Assembly (NCBI GenBank): GCA_963843375.1
Contig: CAWJKT010000011.1
Location: 1-64,000, forward strand
Reading direction: 5' to 3'
Length of the DNA: 64,000 bases
Origin: an uncultured Pseudomonadota bacterium
Lineage (GTDB): Bacteria; Oederibacteriota; Muellerivitia; Muellerivitales; Muellerivitaceae
Shown: piece by piece, positions 52,386-60,418 of the stretch
Position numbering within the stretch: the first letter of the stretch is position 1
Layout: every line of letters begins with the position of its first letter
The notes under the pieces: generated by a model
Database searches by the model: none
Seen by the model: the letters and a program-made list of their open reading frames with translations, nothing else
What the model was told of the DNA's origin: nothing
Position numbers and translations under genes: made by a program

Positions 52386-53897
52386 GTGTACAAGGACATG
52401 GACCGATGGACCGAAATCCGCAAGAAAATCCTGGTGGAGGGGGTCTCCAAACGCCAGGTGATGGAAGAAGAAGGCATCCACTGGGAAACCCTCAAGAAAA
52501 TACTCGCCCATAGCCAACCCCCGGGCTACCGAATGTACCGGGAGAGGTCACAGCCCAAGATTGGGCCCTTCCTGGGCCGCATCAAGCAAATCCTTCAGGA
52601 CGACAAGCACGTCCACAAAAAACAACGACATACGGCCAAGCGCATTTTTGAGCGCCTGCGGGATGAGGATGGTTACACCGGCGGCTATAGCCAGGTGAAA
52701 AAAGCCGTCCAGGGGTTCAAGCAAAAGAATAGCGAGGTCTTCGTGCCTTTGATCCATCGGCCCGGGGAGGCCCAGGTGGACTTTGGACACGCCCTGGTCA
52801 AACTCAACGGTGTGTTGGTGAAACGGCCTTTCTTTGTGATGGCACTTCCGTATTCGGATGCTTTTTTCGTCCAGATGTTTGAGCGGGAAAGCACGGAGTT
52901 CGTGTGGGAAGGCCATATCCGGGCCTTCGAATATTTTGGCGGCGTGCCCTGGCGGATCAGCTACGACAATGCCAAGACCCTCGTGACGAAGATCGCCGGG
53001 GTACACCAACGGATTTTGACCAAAAGTTTCCAGCAATTGGAGAGCCATTACCTCTTCGATCACCACTTCTGCACGATACGCCGTGGCAATGAAAAGGGCG
53101 TCGTGGAAGGCGGGGTGAAATACGTCCGCCTGAACTTCATGGTCCCGGTTCCACAGGTGGGAAACCTGGATGAACTGAACGAGCAGTTGGAGGTGAAATG
53201 CCGGGAGGACTTGAAGCGCAAATTGCGGGGGAAGGGTCTACCCAAGGTGCAGCTTCTAGACGAGGATAAGGCCCATTTCAGGCCTTTGCCGGCCACTCCC
53301 TTTGACGCCTGTCTGAAACAGTCCACGACAGCCACGTCTTTGTCCCTCGTGCGTTTCGACACCAACGACTATTCCGTTCCTTCCGAATGGGCACACCATC
53401 CGGTGGTGGTGAAGGGGTACATCAAGCGAGTGGATATCTTCCACAAGGACAGGCTCATCGCGACTCACGATCGCCTTTGGGGAAAGGAAGGTGTGGTCTT
53501 CAATCCGGTGCATTATTTAGCGGTTTTGGAAGGGAAACCGGGAGCCCTCGATCATGCCCGGCCCCTGGAAGACTGGAACCTGCCGGAAAGTTTTCCCCTC
53601 CTGCGCCGCCGCATGGAAGCCATGGAAAGGCACCATGGTGAAGGGACACGGGAATTCATCAAGACTCTGCGCCTCTTGGAGAAATATTCCCTCTCGCGGC
53701 TCACCCGTGCGGTGAAGAAAGCTGTGGGAATGGAAATCTATACCCGGGACGCCGTCGCCCAGTTGCTCTACCCCAGGGAGGATTACAGGCTGACCACCTT
53801 CAGCCTTGCCGGTCGTGAGCACTTACGACGGGTTCAAGTGGCCCGGACGGATCTTTCGGCCTACCGGGAGCTGATGGTTGTGGGAGGTGAAGCGTGA
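52386..53897 (+). CDS. istA: IS21 transposase IstA
   Basis: KKQRHTAKRIFERL, PGEAQVDFG, YDN, NEKGVVE DDE motifs. Confidence 0.95.
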   Translation: MYKDMDRWTEIRKKILVEGVSKRQVMEEEGIHWETLKKILAHSQPPGYRMYRERSQPKIGPFLGRIKQILQDDKHVHKKQRHTAKRIFERLRDEDGYTGGYSQVKKAVQGFKQKNSEVFVPLIHRPGEAQVDFGHALVKLNGVLVKRPFFVMALPYSDAFFVQMFERESTEFVWEGHIRAFEYFGGVPWRISYDNAKTLVTKIAGVHQRILTKSFQQLESHYLFDHHFCTIRRGNEKGVVEGGVKYVRLNFMVPVPQVGNLDELNEQLEVKCREDLKRKLRGKGLPKVQLLDEDKAHFRPLPATPFDACLKQSTTATSLSLVRFDTNDYSVPSEWAHHPVVVKGYIKRVDIFHKDRLIATHDRLWGKEGVVFNPVHYLAVLEGKPGALDHARPLEDWNLPESFPLLRRRMEAMERHHGEGTREFIKTLRLLEKYSLSRLTRAVKKAVGMEIYTRDAVAQLLYPREDYRLTTFSLAGREHLRRVQVARTDLSAYRELMVVGGEA

Positions 53898-54667
53898 GCG
53901 AATCCAAAAAGACGCTCTTGCTGGAACACCACCTCAAAAAACTCAAGCTGCCTACCATGCAGCGGGAGTACGACAAGATGGCCCAACTCTGCCGCACAGA
54001 ACGCAGTGACTATCCACAATATCTGCTCAAATTGGCCGAGATGGAGCTTCTAGACCGGGAACGCCGGGCCAAGGAGAGGCGCATCCGCGACGCCAACTTT
54101 CCCGTGCTCAAAACTTTGGACACGTTCGACTTCAAGGCCCAGCCTTCGATCAACCAGGAATTGACGCGGGAACTCATGCGGGGCGAGTACATCGACAAAA
54201 AAGAAAACGTCCTGCTGATCGGCAATTCGGGAACAGGTAAAACCCATTTGGCCACGGCGCTGGCCTACCAGGCCTGCTGTCAGGGCCGGGCGGTGAAGTT
54301 CTTCTCCGTGACCGGCCTGGTCACCGAACTTCTGGAGCGCCGCGAGGAAAAACAATTGGCCAAGTTCCATCGGCAGTTGGCCAGGCTCCACCTAATCGTT
54401 TTGGATGAATTGGGTTACGTACCGTTCACCAAGCCGGGAGCGGAGTTGCTGTTTGAGGTGGTCAGCAAGGCCTATGAGCGAACCAGCCTGATGGTAACGA
54501 CGAATCTTCCCTTTGAAAACTGGGTGGAAATCATGGGTTCCGAAAGGATGACGGGGGCCCTTATTGACCGTTTGACCCATCGGGTGCATATTCTGGAGGC
54601 CAACGGCCAAAGCTTCAGGCTGGTGGAAGCGAAGAAACGGCTGAGACGTAAAGACAAGAAGGATTGA
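53894..54667 (+). CDS. istB: IS21 helper ATPase IstB
   Basis: GNSGTGKTHLA, LDELGY, TTNL, DRLTH. Confidence 0.95.
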   Translation: MSESKKTLLLEHHLKKLKLPTMQREYDKMAQLCRTERSDYPQYLLKLAEMELLDRERRAKERRIRDANFPVLKTLDTFDFKAQPSINQELTRELMRGEYIDKKENVLLIGNSGTGKTHLATALAYQACCQGRAVKFFSVTGLVTELLERREEKQLAKFHRQLARLHLIVLDELGYVPFTKPGAELLFEVVSKAYERTSLMVTTNLPFENWVEIMGSERMTGALIDRLTHRVHILEANGQSFRLVEAKKRLRRKDKKD

Positions 54668-54842
54668 TAGGTTCAACCAACGACCATATACCCTAAAGGC
54701 GTATGGAAGGCGGGGGGTGTCACACTTTTGGACCGCCCACCGTCACACTTTTCGACCGGCGTTAGCAGCTGCATGTGTTCCTGGTTACTGATGAAGCCTT
54801 CCAAGTGATGTTTTTTGTTTTTTTTCATTTTTCTGGGGTTCT

Positions 54843-55202
54843 TTAGTGCCCCGCATAGCGGGTTGGACCGGTTGAGAAAAGACCGGCCATTTCAAGAAGA
54901 AGATTTTTGGTTGTTTTTGGATGAATTTTCAATCCTTCGGCCCAATAGCTCACCGATGCGGGGATCGGGTTTTTTCCCTGTTCCCACTTCTTCACCGTTT
55001 CAGGGCTAACCAGCATCAACTTCGCGAATTGTGGTTGGGAAACCTTCAAGATTTTCCGGGCTTCCTTGATGTCGGCTCCTGTGGTTTTGATGAGAAGTTC
55101 TTCCACCTTCACATTGGCTTTTTCCCCACGCGCGAATTTCAAACCTTCACGAAGGCTTGCTTCAAATTCTTTCAAATCCTTTTTTTTATTTGCCTTTCTC
55201 AT
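54843..55202 (-). CDS. HigA-like XRE helix-turn-helix antitoxin
   Basis: IKEARKILKVSQPQFAKLMLVSPETVKKWEQG; downstream of the toxin. Confidence 0.82.
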   Translation of the reverse strand: MRKANKKKDLKEFEASLREGLKFARGEKANVKVEELLIKTTGADIKEARKILKVSQPQFAKLMLVSPETVKKWEQGKNPIPASVSYWAEGLKIHPKTTKNLLLEMAGLFSTGPTRYAGH

Positions 55203-55590
55203 GTTGCTCTCCCTTTTTCTCATAAGCCTTTTTGAAGGCTTCTGCCATTGACTTCAAAATCTTCTTTTCATCCGGAGTCAGGTCGGACTTGGTTCGATGG
55301 TTATAAACGGCTTGGAGGTAAATATCATGTTGAACCCGGAAAAGAAGATAGATAAACCTGAACCCACCGCTTTTTCCTAGATTTCTGCTGGGTGAACCCG
55401 CCCGGCCTTTAATCCAACCTCCGGTTCCTTTTATTTCGTCCAGTTTTCCTGACTCGAACTCTATTTTAATCCCATCGCGTATTTCATTGTGGAGACGGGG
55501 TTCAAGTTTTTCGAGGCTTTTTAGTTCCTTCTCGTATCCGGGAAGTCGAACCAAGCGATACTTGGTTTCGGCAATTTGTAGTTCTTCCAT
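55186..55590 (-). CDS. RelE/HigB-family toxin
   Basis: IKGTGG..K.R, GKSGGFRFIY, KSDLT motifs. Confidence 0.82.
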   Translation of the reverse strand: MEELQIAETKYRLVRLPGYEKELKSLEKLEPRLHNEIRDGIKIEFESGKLDEIKGTGGWIKGRAGSPSRNLGKSGGFRFIYLLFRVQHDIYLQAVYNHRTKSDLTPDEKKILKSMAEAFKKAYEKKGEQHEKGK

Positions 55591-55640
55591 GATCGCCCCT
55601 AAACGCTATAGTATTTAATACCATACCCAGAGTTGCTTAT

Positions 55641-55907
55641 TCAAGACCCTTTAGTAGAAAAGGCCATATGACCGCCCAAACCTTTGACGATCTTTGCTAT
55701 ATCCACCCATATTTGGAATGCTTCGCGATCAGCCATGACTTTCTTTAATTGCCGAAGAGGTATTTTTGTTTTCTTGGCGATAACCTTAAGGCCGCCCTCT
55801 TTTTCGACCACATTCCAGAAGGCTTCCTGCAAAAGGTCTGCCTTACCGGAATCCAAGCCGAGGGTTAAGTGTTGAGCTCCCAATTTCCGGCATCCCTTGT
55901 TTTTCAT
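55641..55907 (-). CDS. Small HTH protein, addiction-module antidote-like
   Basis: GGLKVIAKKTKIP..L and KIVKGLG pattern. Confidence 0.55.
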   Translation of the reverse strand: MKNKGCRKLGAQHLTLGLDSGKADLLQEAFWNVVEKEGGLKVIAKKTKIPLRQLKKVMADREAFQIWVDIAKIVKGLGGHMAFSTKGS

Positions 55908-56409
55908 TTTTCTTGGGCTTTCTTTTGATGATTTGATCCTATTCGGATTCTAATGAGCAACAGAAGGATTTGACAAGTTCTTAGGAAGGAAATATCAATG
56001 ACAGAAAGTCAGATGTATTTTTTTTCCATTTCGTGCGGGAGTTTCTATGATTGACTCGAATGACACCGTTATGACAGGGGCTTATCTTTTTCTGGCAATT
56101 CAACTCATTTTTGAATCAACAAAGTCAGATGCTCTATTGAACACCAATGAACACCTAAAGAATAAGAGGTCTATTCATCTTGCTGGATCTCAGATTCATT
56201 TCAATGCCTTTTGGTGTCATATACGTGTCATTCAACCTCGGTTTTTACCGGTTTTGACGGCCACGGACCGGTATTGGCCGGTGATTCAAAAAAAAGGCCT
56301 CGGCCCGTTTTGGTGTTAAAACCATTACAGGCAAAGGCCAATTTAGTGCTGATGGGGACAAGAAATTTTTACGACTTACGACTTCAAAAACCAAAAATCC
56401 ATCTGGGAA

Positions 56410-56452
56410 GATTTCGAGTCAGACGCATTCGACCACTCTGCCATCTCTCCGG
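56410..56452 (-). repeat. att repeat equal to the displaced 5' half of tRNA-Ser(CGA)
   Basis: Identical to 49847-49889: tRNA nt 1-41 plus 2 upstream nt. Confidence 0.92.
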
Positions 56453-56503
56453 GTCAAAAATAGGTTGTTTGGTTGTTCACCGATTTACAGTATCGGTGGA
56501 GTT

Positions 56504-56534
56504 AAAAAAAGCGCGTCCCCCAAAGGGGATGCGC
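56504..56534 (-). terminator. Intrinsic terminator
   Basis: GCGCATCCCC-TTTG-GGGGACGCGC followed by T7 on the - strand (one stem mismatch). Confidence 0.65.
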
Positions 56535-56579
56535 CTTTGACAGCGGCTTATTGTAACCGAAAAAGGGATGATTTTGTTA

Positions 56580-56800
56580 CCGTCAAAAATCCAGGTGGCG
56601 TACAGTTCCGGCGTCTTCTTGAGGACTTCACGGGGATAAACGGCGGTATGGTCAACGTTCCATTCCTGGTTCAAAACCACGTCTAAAACATGGTTCCGGT
56701 GGTCAACGTACATGGTCAGGAAAGCCTCGTTCCGTTTCCCGCCGATGTATTGCTTGAAGTAGGCCACTACATCTTCCGGGCCTGAAACAACCGCCCTCTT
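56580..56800 (-). pseudogene. radC: RadC/JAB-domain fragment
   Basis: SGPEDVV..F, E.F..MYVD.RN.V, VDHTAVYPREVLK; similarity stops before the HNHPSG metal motif. Confidence 0.7.
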
Positions 56801-56813
56801 TTGCTCTAAGAGG

Positions 56814-58010
56814 TTAAGCCAGTAGTTGAGATGGGTTGGACAAGAAAAACTCCTCTAAATGCATCCCACCGGTTCCGACCATCAATACTTTTGCCTTCGG
56901 ATTTTTCTTGAGGAAAGCCTCCATCCCTTTCGCCTGTCCACTTTTGCCGGATTTCACTTCCAACCCCCAAGATTTGGCGGCGGTCTTCATCACGAAATCC
57001 ACTTCCATGTCATGGTCACGCCAATAAAGCACTTCCCCGAAGGAACGGTCCAAATGATTCAAAAGATGGGCCCCGACGGCGTTTTCCACCAACCGGCCCC
57101 AGGACTCTCCATCCTTCTTGGCTTGGGCAAAGGATAAGGCCCGATGGGCCGAAACCAGGGCGTTATTCCAAAGGATGAGCTTAGGGCTACTGCCCCTCTT
57201 GCCGGGCTTACCGCTCCGATAGGATTCCAGGCCGCTGACGATAAAAGCGCTCTCCAGAAGTTTCAAGTAATGCGCCAAAGTGGTGGTGTTCCCGGCTTCC
57301 TGCAATTGCCCGAGCATTTTGTTGTAGGAGAATATTTGGGCCGGATAACCCGCCGCCAGCCCGAACAGGTGCCCCAACAAGGCGGGCTTTGCCACGGTTT
57401 GGAGTTGAAGCACATCCCGCGACAACACCGTTTCCACTAATGAATTGGTGACGTAGTGTTTCCAGTTATTTTCATCCTTGCGGAATTGAGCCGAACCAGG
57501 GTACCCGCCGAAAAAGATCCATTCCTCCAGGTTCCAGCCGAAAGCGGCCTTCATTTCTCCGTAACCCCAATGACCGCAACGGTACTGAAAGAAACGTCCC
57601 GCAAGACTTTCTGTCAGGCTTTTTTGGACCAGCAAGGCCGATGAACCCAATAGCAAAACAAGGAGGCCTTTGCGCTCATGGAGTTCCCTGTCCCAAAGAA
57701 GCTTGACGGTTTCGCTCCACCCACGGACTTTTTGGATTTCGTCCAGGACCAACAGGACTTTTTTGCGGGGTCCGCATTTGGTAAGGGCCAAGTCCCATTG
57801 GGCATGTATCCACTCGGGTCCCGGTGGAAGGGGTGCATCCGCCGCCGCGAAGACCGTTTCGCCTTTCCATTCGTCGGCTATCTGCCGTGCAGCGGTGGTC
57901 TTTCCCGTTTGCCGGGGGCCTACCAGCACATGGATCACCTTGGTGTATTTATCCAACCCCGCTAGGATTTCCTTTACGACGGGATGTTGGTAATTGGAGT
58001 TTTTCGCCAC
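56814..58010 (-). CDS. AAA_14/DUF4143-type ATPase
   Basis: GPRQTGKTT, LDEIQ, LGSS, SLAGR, GGYP; C-terminal YWR..EVDFV..LEVKS nuclease-like fold. Confidence 0.88.
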   Translation of the reverse strand: MAKNSNYQHPVVKEILAGLDKYTKVIHVLVGPRQTGKTTAARQIADEWKGETVFAAADAPLPPGPEWIHAQWDLALTKCGPRKKVLLVLDEIQKVRGWSETVKLLWDRELHERKGLLVLLLGSSALLVQKSLTESLAGRFFQYRCGHWGYGEMKAAFGWNLEEWIFFGGYPGSAQFRKDENNWKHYVTNSLVETVLSRDVLQLQTVAKPALLGHLFGLAAGYPAQIFSYNKMLGQLQEAGNTTTLAHYLKLLESAFIVSGLESYRSGKPGKRGSSPKLILWNNALVSAHRALSFAQAKKDGESWGRLVENAVGAHLLNHLDRSFGEVLYWRDHDMEVDFVMKTAAKSWGLEVKSGKSGQAKGMEAFLKKNPKAKVLMVGTGGMHLEEFFLSNPSQLLA

Positions 58011-58020
58011 GGGTTCCTCG

Positions 58021-58062
58021 ATTACTCAGTCATTGAGTAATAATACTCAATGACTGAGTAAT
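58021..58062. promoter_or_regulatory. Perfect 19-bp inverted repeat made of two internal palindromes
   Basis: ATTACTCAGTCATTGAGTA-ATAA-TACTCAATGACTGAGTAAT, 10 nt upstream of the ATPase start. Confidence 0.75.
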
Positions 58063-58089
58063 TTTCAATCTTCTTTGTTTGAGAGGGGC

Positions 58090-58707
58090 TTAGTCGCCTT
58101 GGATCGCTTCTAGGTATGGTCCCAAGACCTTATCGACCCGGCAGATCTTCGAGAACCTAGTGAGTTCATCTGTTTTCTTCCACTTGCTTCTCCAATAGTT
58201 ACGGAGAGCCTCCAGTACCGTATCGAGCCCAACGACAGTGCGAAACTTAAAACAATCCGCAAGGGTCTTTTCACGGGAATAAATCCTGACTTTTACCCCG
58301 TCGATTAGATGTTCCTCAATCCCTTCTGAGAAAGCCTTACCGGAAAAATGGAATACCCGAATAGGGGGATATTCCATTTTGGGAGTCCAAGCCCCCCTTT
58401 TGACCGCAAGGTATATCTCATGTGGTATCTGGGTGGTCATTTCGTGGAAGGAAAGGGCTGATATCAGGCAAAGGACCCCTTCCGGAACCTTTTGGATGAC
58501 GGTCACAAGATCAGGGTTGGCCAGGGGCGGCATTGTGGAAAGGCGGTATACCCCCCGGCCTAACTGATCCAGGACTTTGGCGTCCCGCATGGAATAAAGC
58601 TTTACCGGATGGATGCCAAGCCTTATGGCATTCATCGTCGAAAGGATTCCCCCGTTTTTTCGGAAAATGCCGATTTCTTTTATGAATTGTTTTTCCAGCT
58701 TATTCAT
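58090..58707 (-). CDS. AbiEi-family type IV antitoxin / regulator
   Basis: LGRGVYRL, CLISALSFHEMTTQIP, IYSREKTLADCFKFR. Confidence 0.85.
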   Translation of the reverse strand: MNKLEKQFIKEIGIFRKNGGILSTMNAIRLGIHPVKLYSMRDAKVLDQLGRGVYRLSTMPPLANPDLVTVIQKVPEGVLCLISALSFHEMTTQIPHEIYLAVKRGAWTPKMEYPPIRVFHFSGKAFSEGIEEHLIDGVKVRIYSREKTLADCFKFRTVVGLDTVLEALRNYWRSKWKKTDELTRFSKICRVDKVLGPYLEAIQGD

Positions 58708-58710
58708 GAC

Positions 58711-58756
58711 TGATAGTTTCCGATACATTTATATACTTCTGTATAGGTTACTATCA
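58711..58756. promoter_or_regulatory. 17-bp imperfect inverted repeat upstream of abiEi (candidate autoregulatory operator)
   Basis: TGATAGTTTCCGATACA-12 nt-TGTATAGGTTACTATCA (14/17 match). Confidence 0.6.
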
Positions 58757-58823
58757 TACTATGATAAGCATTTGTCAAGCAGTCAGGGGTAGCCCCTGCT
58801 CCCCTCTTAGGCCCCTCGCTACT

Positions 58824-58876
58824 CTCAAAATCTATCGACCTCACGGTCATGTCGGTTCAAGTCCGACCTCGCACCA
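58824..58876 (+). pseudogene. 3' half of tRNA-Leu(CAA), att-like remnant
   Basis: CTCAAAA anticodon loop, GACC-TCAC-GGTC variable arm, GTCGG-TTCAAGT-CCGAC T-arm, ACCA end; no 5' half. Confidence 0.75.
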
Positions 58877-58976
58877 ATTTTTTTGCTTCAGAATCGTTTC
58901 TAAAAACTTCCAAAAACATTGTCCTCAGCGGATTTTAAGGCCCTTGTCCGGTTCCAAAGACCGTTCAGGAGCCTTT

Positions 58977-59525
58977 TTAGTTTGGGACGGTTAGGGAGGG
59001 TTCCGGAGGGTGACCTTTCCCCAAAAACTGATCCAAAAATATGTTAGCTTTGGAAATCAGATTTGGGAGGAAAAAATGGCAAAGAAACGGTTTTTGTCCG
59101 AACAGGTTGAAGAAGGAACGGGGTCCGCCCACGGGGCATTTCATCTTATCCAACTCCGCGTCCGCCAAAGTCTGGGCCTCATTATTCAGGGCCGTGAAGT
59201 CATATTTGGAGCAGGGTACTCCGACTTGGGAAAGCTCCACTTCCACTTGGCGACGGTCATCGCAAGGTGCCGACGTCCCTTTGTATTGTGGCGCGATCCC
59301 AGTGATTCGGCGGGCGACGGGCGTGGACTTGGGCGGCTCGGTGCCGATGGAACCTTTTTCCATTACCGGCGTGACCGTGGGAGTATCAGTGGGCGGGTTC
59401 GCTTGCTGTTTCTCCCCCTTGTCCTGGCAGGAAAGGCCGACTAACGTTCCCATTCCAAACGACATCAAGAGAGTAATGATTTGAAGAGGGTTATGTATTC
59501 TCAGACGTTGGGAAGCCAATCTCAT
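58977..59525 (-). CDS. Hypothetical lipoprotein (C-terminus possibly frameshifted)
   Basis: GGAG RBS; hydrophobic stretch and GLSC lipobox-like motif; Pro/Thr linker; several Cys. Confidence 0.5.
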   Translation of the reverse strand: MRLASQRLRIHNPLQIITLLMSFGMGTLVGLSCQDKGEKQQANPPTDTPTVTPVMEKGSIGTEPPKSTPVARRITGIAPQYKGTSAPCDDRRQVEVELSQVGVPCSKYDFTALNNEAQTLADAELDKMKCPVGGPRSFFNLFGQKPFLCHFFLPNLISKANIFLDQFLGKGHPPEPSLTVPN

Positions 59526-59648
59526 AAACCACTCCTTTATAGACCGAACTTTAAATACGGCGGTATTGTTAAGGGGGATTCGTCTGCCTGGACAAGGCGG
59601 GAAATGTTATGATGATGTAACTCTTTTGACCGGATGACACCTCCAACC

Positions 59649-60297
59649 ATGAAGAAAAACTCCATCGCCCACCTGCGCCGCGAATACCGAAACCGCGGGC
59701 TCCTCGAGAAAGACGCGCCTTCCAATCCTTATATACTTTTTGAAAAGTGGTTCAAGGAAGCCTTGAAAGTGAAGGCCTTGGACGCCAATGCCATGGCCCT
59801 GGCCACCGTTTCATCGGCGGGAAAACCTTCATTACGGACCGTACTTTTAAAGGGTTATGATTCCAAAGGTTTCGTTTTTTATACCAATTACGAAAGCCAT
59901 AAGGGCAGGGATCTGGGCGCAAGGCCGGTGGCCAGCCTGCTTTTTTTCTGGCCACAATTAAGCCGCCAAATCCGCATCGACGGGCCGGTGAAAAAGGTGC
60001 CCGATTGGGAATCGGACGAGTATTTCCAAACTCGGCCCCGGGGAAGCCAGTTGGGAGCTTGGGCTTCGAATCAAAGCCGGGTGATCGGGAACAGAGAATT
60101 CTTGGAAAAACAAATGAAAGCGCTGGAAAAAAATTATGAAAACCAATTGGTTCCCCGGCCATGCCCATTGGGGAGGGTACCGGGTGACTCCCGAAAGTAT
60201 TGAGTTTTGGAAGGGAAGACCCAACCGCTTGCATGACCGGTTGGTTTACCATAAGAAAAAGGCTGGAGGATGGAACCGAGAACGGCTTTCTCCTTGA
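59649..60297 (+). CDS. pdxH: Pyridoxamine 5'-phosphate oxidase (frameshift near 60165)
   Basis: [48 protein letters not shown] in the next frame. Confidence 0.93.
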
Positions 60298-60418
60298 AAG
60301 TTAATTAAACTGGGGTTGCCTTGTCTAAGACCCGGCTATTTGCCGGGCAGCATCGGAGGCCATTGGGTCATCAGCACACCAAGGCAGGTGCCTGGCAATG
60401 AAAGCAATTTAGGAAAAT

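Larger units (their letters stand above)
52254..54767 (+). mobile_element. IS21-family insertion sequence (2514 bp)
   Basis: TG...CA ends; 28-bp IRs at 52254-52281 and 54740-54767 (24/28 match); internal repeat copies at 52299-52319 and 54717-54737; istA-istB. Confidence 0.93.
49847..56452. mobile_element. Integrative element (about 6.6 kb) at tRNA-Ser(CGA)
   Basis: 43-bp exact direct repeat at 49847-49889 and 56410-56452; encodes integrase, excisionase-like HTH and a TA pair. Confidence 0.9.
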
